From Candidatus Hydrothermarchaeum profundi (lineage in GTDB: Archaea > Hydrothermarchaeota > Hydrothermarchaeia > Hydrothermarchaeales > Hydrothermarchaeaceae): a stretch of DNA of 64,000 nt. The stretch lies in assembly GCA_002011125.2 (NCBI GenBank), contig MTMF02000009.1, positions 712,989 to 776,988 on the forward strand, read 5' to 3'. The notes under the pieces are model-generated. The model was not told the origin of the DNA. It ran no database searches and saw only the letters and a list, made by a program, of their open reading frames with translations. This document shows positions 38,215-48,788 of the stretch, piece after piece. A program made the position numbers and the translations under genes. Each line of letters starts with the position of its first letter. Within the stretch, counting starts at the first letter, position 1.

Positions 38215-39699
38215 ATGAACTTTAAAATCTTCATCACAGTACTTTCGGTCTTTGTGTTAATTCCTACGGCGTTCGCTGCAACATTATCTGTGACAATAGG
38301 TGACTACGATACAGAGGTTTACAAGGGCGCTCAAATAACTATCCCGGTTGAAGTACAGCTCCAGCAGTCTAGTGGAACAACAAGCGTCTCGGTAACTATC
38401 ATACCCAAAGATGGAGTAAGCTGTGACACGTGCACAAAGACCATAACATTCACTTCTGATGGCTCGCAATCTACATCCTTCATCCTCAAAGGCGATACTG
38501 TAGGTACTTATCAGAATCCATTCACAATAACCGCAACAGCTACAGGTGCGAGTGCAACGTCAACTGCATCTAATGCGTTGATAGTGCTTGAAAGCCCAAA
38601 TATGCAGATAAACTTCTACAATACTAGTTCTCCTGTAAAAATTAGTGACAATTTGTGGACCATACCTGCTAAAATGGAGATAACTACTTTCGATGTGCCC
38701 TTTGAGGACGTAGTGGTTAACATTTCTGAGTTATTATCAGCCCATGATATGCAGATTGCGTCTGGACCGCAGATGTATTATGTTGGCAGTATTCCTGCTT
38801 ACAGCACTGTGACGCTAACATGGGTTTTCAATGTAACGGGATTTAGCGTTTATGGGGTAAGTGGTACCGTTATAACCGACAAGGGCTCATTTTATCCCTC
38901 GTTTACAGATACATATACTACGGGTGTGACAGAAACCTCTATATCGCCTGCTGGAGGGGGCGGTGGAGGAGGTGGAGCTGCTGAGGGTAATGTCATCTCA
39001 ATTTCATCTATTTCGATAGGCGTGCCGGTAGTCTTTGATTTTACCAAGTTTGCGGATATCATCTCCGATATAGTCGTAACTGCTAAGGATATCGCATATA
39101 ACGTGAAGATAAGCGTGCAATCGCTTGCCGCTAAGCCTTATGCGAGTATGCCAGATCCTCCCGGGCAGCCATATAAGTATCTTAAAATCACCGTTACTAA
39201 CCTACCTGCTAGCAAGCTTGATAAGGCGGAGATAAAATTTAGGATAGAGAAGTCTTGGTTAAAAGAAAATAATGTTAATCCTGCCACTGTGGTTCTTTTG
39301 AGAAATGTGCAAAATAGCTGGGAGTCGCTGGATACAAGTGAGACATCTAGAGATGCCACCTATATCTACTTTAAAGCAATTACGCCCGGCTTCTCTTACT
39401 TTGCAATAACAGGCGAAAAGGACTCAGGCTATGTAGAAGAAGAGGCTCCAGCGCCAACAGAAGCGCCTGTGCCCACGGAGACTCCCGCACCTACAAAGGC
39501 ACCAGCTCCCACCGAGACCCCTGCGCCAACAGCTCCTCCAACAGAAGCGCCTGTGCCCACGGTTTCACCATTACCAACAGCGATGCCAGTATCGCCTGAG
39601 GGCGGAATTGGTACTGGGATTATCGCAGCAGCCGTTATTATTGTTATAGCTATTGCGGCAGTTCTTGTAATTAAGAGAGAAGAATTGTTCGGTAAATGA
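38215..39699 (+). CDS. PGF-pre-PGF domain surface protein with Pro/Thr stalk and C-terminal TM anchor
   Basis: Gly run, 'AITPGFSYFAI', APAPTE repeats, TM + KREE. Confidence 0.88.
   Translation: MNFKIFITVLSVFVLIPTAFAATLSVTIGDYDTEVYKGAQITIPVEVQLQQSSGTTSVSVTIIPKDGVSCDTCTKTITFTSDGSQSTSFILKGDTVGTYQNPFTITATATGASATSTASNALIVLESPNMQINFYNTSSPVKISDNLWTIPAKMEITTFDVPFEDVVVNISELLSAHDMQIASGPQMYYVGSIPAYSTVTLTWVFNVTGFSVYGVSGTVITDKGSFYPSFTDTYTTGVTETSISPAGGGGGGGGAAEGNVISISSISIGVPVVFDFTKFADIISDIVVTAKDIAYNVKISVQSLAAKPYASMPDPPGQPYKYLKITVTNLPASKLDKAEIKFRIEKSWLKENNVNPATVVLLRNVQNSWESLDTSETSRDATYIYFKAITPGFSYFAITGEKDSGYVEEEAPAPTEAPVPTETPAPTKAPAPTETPAPTAPPTEAPVPTVSPLPTAMPVSPEGGIGTGIIAAAVIIVIAIAAVLVIKREELFGK
39454..39562 (+). 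repeat. Coding 25-bp direct repeat in the PT-rich stalk
   Basis: CCAACAGAAGCGCCTGTGCCCACGG at 39454-39478 and 39538-39562. Confidence 0.8.
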
Positions 39700-39732
39700 G
39701 GCCCCCCTCTTTCAGCAGGCGCCTCCTTAATA

Positions 39733-40446
39733 TCAGCTGATATCTCTTAGTTTCAACATTGTTCCGTCAAGCAGATATGCTTTAGCGTTTTTCAAGTCGA
39801 CTACTCCTTGCCTGAATAGTGGACCAAGCAATTTTTCTTCTTTGTTGAAGGGTGTCCCATAAATTAGATCATTGAATGCTGGCATCACTACGATCTCTGG
39901 ATTTCTTTTAACCTCGTAGAATTCGTCTGCTCTACGGTTTAATCTCGCTCTGATCCATGCGCTCTCCCTTATACTTCTACCGAACTCGTCTGTGAACTCT
40001 ACGCAGGGGTGATTATGCCCCATTATTATATATTTGAAGTCTATTGGTGACCGAATTTTTAGGTGGCCATGGGTTAGTAGTGCTTCTTCGAGTTCAAGGT
40101 TCTTTACTATCCTCATATCTGGGAGTAATTTCTCAAGATCTCCATCATGGTTGCCTTTTATCACGGTTATATCAGCTAACTCTGAGAGACTTCTAAACAT
40201 CTGCGGGATCTCCGAGTATTCCATCCACGATGTCTTAGGTATGTTATGCTTAACATCCCCAAGTACTATAATCCTGCCCACACCGGATTTTTTTATGAGA
40301 TTGGAGAGCTTAATTTCCATGGTTCTCGCTTGGGAAGGTATCTTGACTCCCTTACTAAAGAGCTCGTATTCTAGTCCGAGATGTAAGTCTGCTACCACTA
40401 GGGCATCAGATAAAATAAGGGCTTTCTCATTGTATATGGGCATCAT
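39733..40446 (-). CDS. Calcineurin-like metallophosphoesterase
   Basis: DLHLG, GDVKH, GNHD, HGH, GHNHP. Confidence 0.9.
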   Translation of the reverse strand: MMPIYNEKALILSDALVVADLHLGLEYELFSKGVKIPSQARTMEIKLSNLIKKSGVGRIIVLGDVKHNIPKTSWMEYSEIPQMFRSLSELADITVIKGNHDGDLEKLLPDMRIVKNLELEEALLTHGHLKIRSPIDFKYIIMGHNHPCVEFTDEFGRSIRESAWIRARLNRRADEFYEVKRNPEIVVMPAFNDLIYGTPFNKEEKLLGPLFRQGVVDLKNAKAYLLDGTMLKLRDIS

Positions 40447-40925
40447 CTAATTTTACCGCCCTGATATCTACCGTTATACCCTTCGGATTCCCCCTGTACT
40501 AAGGAGAAGACTACCTGGGCGATTCTGGCTCCTTTCTCAAGTCTTATTTCGAATTCTGACTCGTTTTTTATTCCAATGGTAAGAGCGCCTTTGTATCCTG
40601 GGTCTATCACGGCTGTTTTTAGTGAAGCACCACACCTGAAGATAGTTGACCTAGGGAAGATGAAAGCTACTAGGTCTAGCGGCATTCTCAGCTTCTCTTT
40701 GGTTGTACATAGGTAATATCTCCCCGGTTTTAGGGTGAATTCTTCTACCTCTTCTATCTCAGGCAGCTTCCTATTTTCCTTGCCTACAAAGGCACCTGAG
40801 ACTACCTCGTATAGTTTTTCTATCCTGAGGTCTACCCCTGCCCCTTGGATATTAGCTTCCTCATAGTCTATGAGTAAGGCCTCCTCTTTTATCCTCTTCA
40901 ATATCTGGCTCTTACCGAGGTACAT
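40443..40925 (-). CDS. dUTPase / dCTP deaminase family
   Basis: GVDLR, PRST, VIDPGYKG, RIAQ, YNGRYQG. Confidence 0.88.
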   Translation of the reverse strand: MYLGKSQILKRIKEEALLIDYEEANIQGAGVDLRIEKLYEVVSGAFVGKENRKLPEIEEVEEFTLKPGRYYLCTTKEKLRMPLDLVAFIFPRSTIFRCGASLKTAVIDPGYKGALTIGIKNESEFEIRLEKGARIAQVVFSLVQGESEGYNGRYQGGKIR

Positions 40926-40930
40926 GGGGA

Positions 40931-42787
40931 TTACCTAAACCGTGGTCTTTTTGAGAGCTTTGCAGGTAAAGTAAGCTTTTTGAAAGGTCTTCCCTTAGTC
41001 TCTTTTTTAATCCTATCTATGAGTTCTCTCATAGTCATAGTCCTCTGAGCCCCTCCTTCTGATCTTACCCTAACGGAGAGAGTATTCTCTGCTATCTCTT
41101 TGTCTCCCACCACAGCTATAAATGGGATCCATTCTTTTTCAGCATTCCTTATCTTCTTTTGTAGAGTGAGGCTTTCGTCGTCCAGGTCTGCTCTAATCTC
41201 GTTTTCTTGAAGCGTTTTTAGAAGTTTCTCGCAGTATTCTATATGGCCCTCGGCAACGGGTATAAGCCTAACCTGTGTTGGAGACAACCATAAGGGCAGC
41301 ATAGGCTTTTTCCCCTCCTTGGCCTTTATCCACTCCCTCTCGAGGATAGCGTAGAGATTCCTATCAATGCCTCCGGAAATGCTGGCGTGAAGCATAAGGG
41401 GGTGTTTCCTCTCTCCATTTTCATCTATATAAGTAATGTCGAATCTCTCTGCGTTCTCTACGTCAATCTGCACCGTAGAGAGGGTTGCCGCTTTATTAAG
41501 GGCGTCGTTTACGCTGAACTCGAACTTCATCACGAAATAGAAGAACCTCTGCTCCCATAGCTCTATGAGTATGGGTTTTCCCACAAGCTTGGATAGCTCT
41601 CTAATAAAAGTCTCATTTTCTTCGTAAAAATCCTTAACAAGCCTAATAGCGACATCATATTCCAGATCTAGATCTTTCATCCATTTCATGCTCAGCTTAT
41701 ATTGGTTTATGAACTCTTCTTTTGCCTGCTCCATGTCCTTGCATAGAGTATGCATATCAGGCATAGTGAAAGCTCTTAGCCTTTTTAATCCTGAGAGTTC
41801 TCCACTCTGCTCTCTTCTGAAGGAGTAGTGAGTTAGCTCGTATAGTCTAACTGGCAGGTGCTTATATGAGATGGTCATGTCATGTTTTATTAGGTACTGC
41901 CCGAAGCATGCTGCGAATCTAAGGAAGTATTCTTTTTTATCTGATTTTACTACATACTGTCGAGCTGGAAATCTGTGTAGATACTTGCTTAGCTTTGGAT
42001 GTTCGAAGTCATACATAACCGGAGTTTCGACTCGCATGGCTTGGTAGTCCGCGTGTATATTATTGACATGCTCCTCTAGTAGTGATTTTATGAGTTCTCC
42101 TTTTGGGTACCATCTCAGGTTTCCTGGATCTGATCCTGGCTCGTGATCTACCAGCTCGTGTTCCTTCATCAGCTTTATATGAGGCGGCTCTTCCTCAGCT
42201 ATTCTACTACCCGAGGTCTCGTATTCGTAAAAGATTTTCAGGCTGGGATATTTTGAAAAGTCGAACTCGCTTGCTGGAACTAGCCTGCCGTCTAAGTCTA
42301 GGATATAGTATTCTTTCTTAAGCTTTTGCTCTGCTATCACCGCTTTTGATATCTCTTCTTTGCCTGCTCCAACAGTGATCTCTCTTGATAGCTCTGAAAG
42401 AGGGTGCCCTTTGCACCGTAGCTCGAAGGCTTTATACCAGCCAAACGGCGCTCTCTTCACCTCATATTTTTCTGAGAGTTTTCCTTCGATCCCTTTGAGT
42501 ATGTCTACTGCTATCGCGGGCTTAGCTAGTGAAGAACTCAGGTGGGCATAGGGGTAAACGACTATGTTCTTGGCCTTTACCTCTAAGTAAACCCTCTCGA
42601 TTTCTTCGCAGGCCTTCGATATTACCTGCTTTGGGTCTTCTTCGTCGCTCTTTTCTACTGCAATGAAGGCTACGAGGGACTCCTCTGCCCTCTGGTTTTT
42701 CATGCTTTCAGGCACTTCTTCAGCCAGTTTTGTCTTAGATTTGGCTTGGTATTCTATGTAATCCGCATGTATTAAGAGAAGCTTCAT
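40931..42787 (-). CDS. thrS: Threonine--tRNA ligase, archaeal type
   Basis: [29 protein letters not shown] editing domain; [16 protein letters not shown]. Confidence 0.97.
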   Translation of the reverse strand: MKLLLIHADYIEYQAKSKTKLAEEVPESMKNQRAEESLVAFIAVEKSDEEDPKQVISKACEEIERVYLEVKAKNIVVYPYAHLSSSLAKPAIAVDILKGIEGKLSEKYEVKRAPFGWYKAFELRCKGHPLSELSREITVGAGKEEISKAVIAEQKLKKEYYILDLDGRLVPASEFDFSKYPSLKIFYEYETSGSRIAEEEPPHIKLMKEHELVDHEPGSDPGNLRWYPKGELIKSLLEEHVNNIHADYQAMRVETPVMYDFEHPKLSKYLHRFPARQYVVKSDKKEYFLRFAACFGQYLIKHDMTISYKHLPVRLYELTHYSFRREQSGELSGLKRLRAFTMPDMHTLCKDMEQAKEEFINQYKLSMKWMKDLDLEYDVAIRLVKDFYEENETFIRELSKLVGKPILIELWEQRFFYFVMKFEFSVNDALNKAATLSTVQIDVENAERFDITYIDENGERKHPLMLHASISGGIDRNLYAILEREWIKAKEGKKPMLPLWLSPTQVRLIPVAEGHIEYCEKLLKTLQENEIRADLDDESLTLQKKIRNAEKEWIPFIAVVGDKEIAENTLSVRVRSEGGAQRTMTMRELIDRIKKETKGRPFKKLTLPAKLSKRPRFR

Positions 42788-42852
42788 GGCATTCGCATTA
42801 AATCCAAAAAAACTTAAATCTTTCTACTGGTAGAATGTAATGGGTGGTGTAG

Positions 42853-43263
42853 TTGAGCAGAGAAATTATTGAGGTTAGGACTTCTAGGAGGGTTGAGTTT
42901 ATAGATATCACTTCTGAGGTAGAGGAGGTAGTATCTCGCATGGGTGTTGATGAGGGCGCTGTTAACGTATTTACAATGCATACTACGACAGCTATAATCG
43001 TAAACGAGAATGAGTCTGGCCTTTTAAGGGATCTTGAGGAACTGATGGAGAAGCTGGTTCCTCGGGGGGGAGGATATGCTCATGATAGGGGGTTTGAAGG
43101 GAATGCGGATGCTCATTTAAGGTCTATATTGCTGGGTCCTTCTAAGCTTATACCTATACAAGGTGGGAGGTTGCAGTTGGGCACTTGGCAGAGGATTTTC
43201 TTTGCAGAGTTTGATGGGCCGAGGAATAGAAAGGCGGTAGCACAGGTTTTAAGAGAAAAGTAA
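42853..43263 (+). CDS. yjbQ: YjbQ/UPF0047 family protein
   Basis: HTTTA..NE, HD, NADAH, LGTWQ, EFDGPR. Confidence 0.92.
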   Translation: MSREIIEVRTSRRVEFIDITSEVEEVVSRMGVDEGAVNVFTMHTTTAIIVNENESGLLRDLEELMEKLVPRGGGYAHDRGFEGNADAHLRSILLGPSKLIPIQGGRLQLGTWQRIFFAEFDGPRNRKAVAQVLREK

Positions 43264-43295
43264 TATTTTTAAACCTTAATGTCTTAAGTATAAAC

Positions 43296-43613
43296 ATGGC
43301 TAAGCTAAAAAAAGTTAGCATGGAGGGAAACGATATCTTGATATCGTTAGAAGTGGCTCACGACGAGTATAAGCTTCTTGGATCTGAGAAGGACTTCTTA
43401 GTTGTGCCCAAGGGTGACAATTTTTTGTCTTTAAGTCTTACTACCGGAAAGCTTGGGCATGGTAATAGGATTATGGTTCCTACTAGGCTTCTTAGGAGGC
43501 ATGATATCATGCTTCCAAAAAAGGTTCCAGCTTCTCTATTTGAAGCTGGCGGCGAGAAATATTTGCTTATAAAGCTGCAGAAGTCTCGCCTTATACCAGA
43601 GTATGAGGAATGA
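43296..43613 (+). CDS. Hypothetical protein, possible AbrB-like beta fold
   Basis: 'GKLGHGNRIMVP'; ATGA-coupled to the KaiC-like gene. Confidence 0.55.
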   Translation: MAKLKKVSMEGNDILISLEVAHDEYKLLGSEKDFLVVPKGDNFLSLSLTTGKLGHGNRIMVPTRLLRRHDIMLPKKVPASLFEAGGEKYLLIKLQKSRLIPEYEE

Positions 43614-44272
43614 CTATGGCTAGGATTAAAACGGGTTTGCCGGGCTTGGATTCTCTCATTCAAGGAGGGTTTCCTGAGAACACTGTTGTACTGCTTTCCG
43701 GAGGAGCTGGTACTGGCAAGACTTTATTTGGATTGAATTTCGTAGTAAAGGGAGCACTACAAGGCGAGAAGGGCTGTTATATCAGCTTTAATGAAAGTGA
43801 AGGCGATTTGGTGAGGGCGTGTAGGGGCATAGGATTGGATTATGAGAATAAGAACTTAATTATTAAAGGGATAACTTTGGGAAAGGATATCAATGTTGAT
43901 GGGTTTATAAGCATGATAGAGAAGTACCCGAAGATAGATAGGCTGGTGATAGATAACCTCAATAAGCTTCTCTTATTCTCGGTAGATAAGAGAGACTATA
44001 GATATCAGTTAACTCTTTTGGTGAGGTATCTGCGTGAGAAGGTGAGATGTAGCCTACTAATTTGCGAGACTGATAATGGGATAGATTCAGGTAATGGAGA
44101 GTCCTTCGAGTGTGACGGCGTATTGCATTTAACCTTCTCAGAGTTTGAAGAAAGGCCAATGAGGACTTTGACGATAGATAAGATGAGATATACTTCTTTT
44201 GAGCCTAAAATTTCATATGAGTTGAAAATTGATAGTAAAGGGCTACGGTTAAGTAAGAGAATGATAATATAA
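43610..44272 (+). CDS. KaiC/RAD55-like single-domain ATPase
   Basis: KTGLPGLD, GGAGTGKT, RLVID, KMR. Confidence 0.9.
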   Translation: MTMARIKTGLPGLDSLIQGGFPENTVVLLSGGAGTGKTLFGLNFVVKGALQGEKGCYISFNESEGDLVRACRGIGLDYENKNLIIKGITLGKDINVDGFISMIEKYPKIDRLVIDNLNKLLLFSVDKRDYRYQLTLLVRYLREKVRCSLLICETDNGIDSGNGESFECDGVLHLTFSEFEERPMRTLTIDKMRYTSFEPKISYELKIDSKGLRLSKRMII

Positions 44273-44282
44273 AATAATATTT

Positions 44283-45305
44283 ATGCGCCTTTCAACTTCT
44301 CTTAAAAGGAATATAATGGAAGTCACGGTAGGGGGGATATTGTATAAATTTAAGATTAGAAAAAGGAGGCATGTTCTCTTTTTTGAAGATATTATTGCGA
44401 ATTATATAAAAGAATGTGAAAAAGCAGGTTTCAGTCAAGATTTAAGGGATATCGGGAGAGAATGGGGGGGATTAATAACAAAGCAATTAGTTCCCACAGT
44501 CTTTAAGAAATTACCGCCCCATATATTCTTAGATTTGGTTATGTCTGGAATTTGGATTAATTTGGGATTAATGGATGAGTTATCGGCGTCAAAAAATAAG
44601 AGGATTATAGAAGTCAAAACAAAAAATGAAGCCGTAACAAGGATAATTGGAAAAAATCAAGTTTTAATTGGATATTATGAAGGAATATTAAGTTTATTAA
44701 AAAAACAAAGTGCAGAATGTATTTATTCAAAGCAAACCAAGAAGTATTGTATTTATAAATTCCAATACAGAGATGTCTATTTTGATTTAGAATCTAAGGA
44801 TAAAAAAACCTATCTAAAATTAAATTACTTACCTGAAATTAAAGGTTTTTCATTAAGCGATTCATTAAAATCAAATATTTTACAATTAGATCATAAAAAC
44901 CGTTTACTCTTTAGAGGAAAAATGTTGCCTCCTGTGGAAAATACAATTTTTCATTTATTAAGCAATTGGGGGAGATTAAGTGAAAGAATACCCTTCATTG
45001 CTAAGGAATTTTTTGAAGAATTAGTTCAAAAAAGCAGTAGTCTAGAAGAAAAACTTAAATTGCTTAAAACACTTATGCAAGTAATGGGATGGGGGGTTAT
45101 AAAAATATCTCTATTTGGAAAGCCTAAATGGATAGTTATAGAAATAAGAAATCCTCCTTACGGTCTACAAAAGGATAAGGATAATTGGGATTTTTTAATT
45201 AAGACTGTCGAGGGCTACTTGTGGTTGTTAAACACGAATCTCAGAGTAACTAAAGTCAGAAGAAGCTATAAAAAAATCAGTATAGTGTATTCTGAAAAAA
45301 TTTAA
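44283..45305 (+). CDS. Hypothetical protein with tandem V4R-like domains
   Basis: 'GYYEGILS...C.....KYCIY', 'MGWGVI' patterns; AT-rich. Confidence 0.55.
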   Translation: MRLSTSLKRNIMEVTVGGILYKFKIRKRRHVLFFEDIIANYIKECEKAGFSQDLRDIGREWGGLITKQLVPTVFKKLPPHIFLDLVMSGIWINLGLMDELSASKNKRIIEVKTKNEAVTRIIGKNQVLIGYYEGILSLLKKQSAECIYSKQTKKYCIYKFQYRDVYFDLESKDKKTYLKLNYLPEIKGFSLSDSLKSNILQLDHKNRLLFRGKMLPPVENTIFHLLSNWGRLSERIPFIAKEFFEELVQKSSSLEEKLKLLKTLMQVMGWGVIKISLFGKPKWIVIEIRNPPYGLQKDKDNWDFLIKTVEGYLWLLNTNLRVTKVRRSYKKISIVYSEKI

Positions 45306-46396
45306 GCTGGTATTATTAGTGGTTTAATTCCTATGTTAAATTTGTTACACCAGTAGTCTTTATTTTCCTCTGAATATTCACGTCTTATGACACATCCTCC
45401 TCTACATTTTTTAAAACTATGACACCCGATACAATTAGAAGGATACTTATAGAATTTATTATAATGTTCTTTTAATTTCATTTTGTGAAATTCATCGATT
45501 GAACCTGTTTCTAAATTATCAAATATATTATACATAGGATCTCTCTTCGCACAGCAGAAATAAACGTCGCCATGGGTAGATATAATTAAAACTAATCCAG
45601 CCATTGCTACACAAAAACCTCCGGATATTTTAAGCTCTGTTTTCAGTTCTCCAGGAAATAAAGGATCAGCTGATTCTATGTTCGTAGCTCCAGTACTTAC
45701 TGCGAACTCATATAACTTTTTTAAAGTACTGATATAGTCTGTTGGTTTTAGATAAAAGTTATCTTTAGCAATTCCATCTGAAGGAGCCATATCCCAGACT
45801 CTACATCTCTGAATACCGATACTCCTTGCAAATTTAAAAATATCTAATATTTCTTTTTCGTTTTCTTTAGTTAATACAGTTTGCGAAACACAAGTTAACC
45901 CTACTTCCATGGCATTATATAAAGCTTTAACTGTCCTCTCAAATGACCCTTTTTTTCCGCGAACTTTATCATGTTTATTTTTATCAAGGCTGTCGATATT
46001 CGTTTGAATCTGAGTTAAGCCTGACTTATATAATTCCTTAGCCCTACTTTTGTTTAGATAATAGCCATTTGTGTTCATATGTATGATCAATCCATAGTCT
46101 TTAGCATATTTTACGAGATCCGTAAGATGAGGATACAGCGTTGGTTCTCCTCCTGAAAAAGTAATTTGTTTTACTCCTATATCGCTCAAGGTTTTAATGA
46201 GAATTTTAGCTTTTTCTAATTTGAGGTACTTACCATTACCTTGATTATTACCCGCGTTAGCATAACACCATTTGCAACTGAAGTTACATGCTTCTGTAAC
46301 TTCCATTACAGCCCAAGATATGGATTTCTTCTTATTAAATGTTTTAAATTTTTCAATTGCATCATTTTTTTCCCAATCAAAAGTTACTACACACAT
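45302..46396 (-). CDS. Radical SAM protein with SPASM domain
   Basis: CNFSCKWC, SGGEP, C..GDVYFCC, CIGC....CRGGC...C. Confidence 0.92.
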   Translation of the reverse strand: MCVVTFDWEKNDAIEKFKTFNKKKSISWAVMEVTEACNFSCKWCYANAGNNQGNGKYLKLEKAKILIKTLSDIGVKQITFSGGEPTLYPHLTDLVKYAKDYGLIIHMNTNGYYLNKSRAKELYKSGLTQIQTNIDSLDKNKHDKVRGKKGSFERTVKALYNAMEVGLTCVSQTVLTKENEKEILDIFKFARSIGIQRCRVWDMAPSDGIAKDNFYLKPTDYISTLKKLYEFAVSTGATNIESADPLFPGELKTELKISGGFCVAMAGLVLIISTHGDVYFCCAKRDPMYNIFDNLETGSIDEFHKMKLKEHYNKFYKYPSNCIGCHSFKKCRGGCVIRREYSEENKDYWCNKFNIGIKPLIIPA

Positions 46397-46398
46397 TT

Positions 46399-47247
46399 TT
46401 AAATTACCTCCAAAAGATTTTTTAAAACTAAGAAAATAGGTAAAAACATAAACGAAGACAAAATTAAGATTCTAGTTTTGAGGATATCATTTTTTATTAG
46501 AAAAAAAAGTGCAAGAAATACAAAAGGAAGTATAGAATAAAATACTATATACCTTAAGTAAAATAGCCAACCTATGAATATCAATAGGCAGAATAGTGCT
46601 ATTTTCTTTGTTAATTCATACCCTAAAACAACAGCAACAGTAGGTATACCTGCGCTTTTATCACCTTTAAAATCCCTTAAATCACCAATTAAACTTACAA
46701 CAAATACTAAAACTACAATAGTAAGGAACACTTTTGCTATTTCTAATGTAAATTCCGAATTAGATAAAGCTCCAACAAGGAAACCAAGAGGCATAAATAA
46801 AGCAGTGTAAATATTTTTTAGAGGAAATATCTCTTTAATTCTAAAGATAGAATATGACATCCCAATTATAATCCAGCTTATATAAATTATTAGCGATTTA
46901 GTAGACAAAAAAAAGGCAGGAACAATGCTTAAAAAAAGGAAACAAAAAATAATAGTCAATGCATGATTATTTAATATAAAAAAATTTAATCTCTTTTTAT
47001 TTAACAAATCTTCTTGTTTATCTGTAAATTGATTAAATGTATAAACAGCCACAGCTGCAAAAAAGGAGGAAAATGCTACATAAAAAAATGTGGTATTTAT
47101 CGGGTTAAACAGTAGATATCCCGTAACTGCAATTCCAGTAATAAATAAGCAAATTTTTGGTCTTATAAATCTAATGAATTCTTCCAGGTAGTTTATATTC
47201 CCCTCCGATTCCCATCGGATTAAACACTTTTGTTTAAAATTATACAT
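46399..47247 (-). CDS. UbiA family prenyltransferase
   Basis: NQFTDKQEDLLN and DLRDFKGD Asp-rich motifs, GIPT, multi-TM. Confidence 0.88.
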   Translation of the reverse strand: MYNFKQKCLIRWESEGNINYLEEFIRFIRPKICLFITGIAVTGYLLFNPINTTFFYVAFSSFFAAVAVYTFNQFTDKQEDLLNKKRLNFFILNNHALTIIFCFLFLSIVPAFFLSTKSLIIYISWIIIGMSYSIFRIKEIFPLKNIYTALFMPLGFLVGALSNSEFTLEIAKVFLTIVVLVFVVSLIGDLRDFKGDKSAGIPTVAVVLGYELTKKIALFCLLIFIGWLFYLRYIVFYSILPFVFLALFFLIKNDILKTRILILSSFMFLPIFLVLKNLLEVI

Positions 47248-47367
47248 TTCTGTATAATTACACAGTAAAATATTAATATAAAAAATTTTCCATGTTGTAT
47301 AAACAAAAGTTAATTTATTATATACATTACCGAAAAGTATTTAATATATTAGCACTATGATACATAA

Positions 47368-47721
47368 TTGAGGTGGAGAAGAGTGAATAATAAGGAAAAA
47401 GAGCTCCTCCGCATTATAAGACGTGATGGCAGAGTTAAAACAGTAGACATAGTAGAACAAGCCGATATGTGCAAAGTAACGGTTCTTAAATACCTTAATA
47501 AGCTTAAGGACGCTGGGCTGGTGGATTACGAACTCGTGGGACCTACCAAGCTATGGTACGCTGTGGAAGATGGAGGCCCCAGGGGGAGGGGGCCTCTTAA
47601 TATCCTAGACGTAGAGATCTCCGAGCTGTTAGATAGGTTCGAGGCGGCAGTAGGCAAGAGAGCGTTCGTGATAATGACCGACGACAGAGATTTGATTAAT
47701 ATCCTTAGTAGGAGAGGATAG
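47368..47721 (+). CDS. Winged-HTH transcription regulator
   Basis: 'KVTVLKYLNKLKDAGLV'. Confidence 0.75.
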   Translation: MRWRRVNNKEKELLRIIRRDGRVKTVDIVEQADMCKVTVLKYLNKLKDAGLVDYELVGPTKLWYAVEDGGPRGRGPLNILDVEISELLDRFEAAVGKRAFVIMTDDRDLINILSRRG

Positions 47722-47726
47722 GGTAT

Positions 47727-47972
47727 TTGAATAAGGTATATTATATGAACCTAGTGATATGGGTGATGTTAGCAAATCTGTTTTCCATCTCGCTGGTGGA
47801 GAACAGATATCAGAATACTGTAGTACCTGCTATAACGGAGAGATATGAGCATGAGATATCAGTTCTTAAGGCCGAGGTTGAGGGGGAACCTGAAAAGTAT
47901 ATCTGCTTCTCTAAGACTGAGATTATTGGGATGCTAAAAGATAATGAAACGGGGGAGGTTCAAAATGGCTAG
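47727..47972 (+). CDS. Small hypothetical protein
   Basis: Fills operon gap; N-terminal hydrophobic stretch. Confidence 0.4.
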   Translation: MNKVYYMNLVIWVMLANLFSISLVENRYQNTVVPAITERYEHEISVLKAEVEGEPEKYICFSKTEIIGMLKDNETGEVQNG

Positions 47973-48339
47973 GATTATGGTGGTGGACGATGATAGTGAT
48001 GTTATCTACGTCCATAAGCTTATTTTAAGTAGAGCCGGATTTGAGGTTGTTGGTGTTGAGAGCTGCGAGGAGTGCTTAGAGAAGCTTGATGAAATCTCAC
48101 CAGATTTAGTTGTTATGGATATTATGATGCCGGGTATGGATGGTTGGGAGGCATGTAGGAAGATTAAAGAAAGGAACTCTCACAGCCCGCCTGTTGTCAT
48201 GGTCTCTGTTAGGAGAGATGAGGAGGATATAAGGAAGAGCCTAGAGTATGCCAGAGCGGATGCTCATCTTCCCAAGCCACTCAATAAAGATGAGCTAGTT
48301 AATACTATTAGGCAGTTGCTCGGATCTTTAAACGAATAG
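47944..48339 (+). CDS. Single-domain response regulator (receiver)
   Basis: VVDDD, MDIMMPGMDG, KP; likely start ATG 47965. Confidence 0.93.
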   Translation: MKRGRFKMARIMVVDDDSDVIYVHKLILSRAGFEVVGVESCEECLEKLDEISPDLVVMDIMMPGMDGWEACRKIKERNSHSPPVVMVSVRRDEEDIRKSLEYARADAHLPKPLNKDELVNTIRQLLGSLNE

Positions 48340-48409
48340 GTTTAAATTCTTCTTTAAGCGCGTTTTTCCATATTCTTTTTATTTTATAAGCGTATATTTT
48401 CTAATATTT

Positions 48410-48775
48410 ATGACTAAAATAATGATAGTAGACGATGAGCAGGATATAATATTCCTGATCTCGAAGATTTTGGAGAAGGAGGGGTATGAAGTGGTTGGGG
48501 CTATAAGTGGTGAGGAATGCTTAGAAAAGTTAAGGGAGGAAAAACCTGACTTAATCCTTATGGATATCATGATGCCTGGAATCGATGGCTGGGAAACTGT
48601 GAGGAGGATAAAGTCCGACCCTGAGATGAGCGGCATTCCGGTAGTAATGTTAACTGTTAAAGGGGAAAGAGAAGACAAATTGAAAAGCTTTCATTATTCT
48701 AAGTGTGATGGGTATCTCGTTAAGCCGGTGGAGAGAACAGAGCTGGTTAAGGTTATTAAATGGGTTTTGGGATAA
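48410..48775 (+). CDS. Single-domain response regulator (receiver)
   Basis: IVDDE, MDIMMPGIDG, KP. Confidence 0.93.
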   Translation: MTKIMIVDDEQDIIFLISKILEKEGYEVVGAISGEECLEKLREEKPDLILMDIMMPGIDGWETVRRIKSDPEMSGIPVVMLTVKGEREDKLKSFHYSKCDGYLVKPVERTELVKVIKWVLG

Positions 48776-48788
48776 TGGAGGAAAGTGA

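Noticed and set aside
45302-46396. SPASM radical SAM as maturase of the Cys microproteins
   Set aside because: About 20 kb away, in a compositionally different block and coupled to a UbiA gene; no linkage evidence
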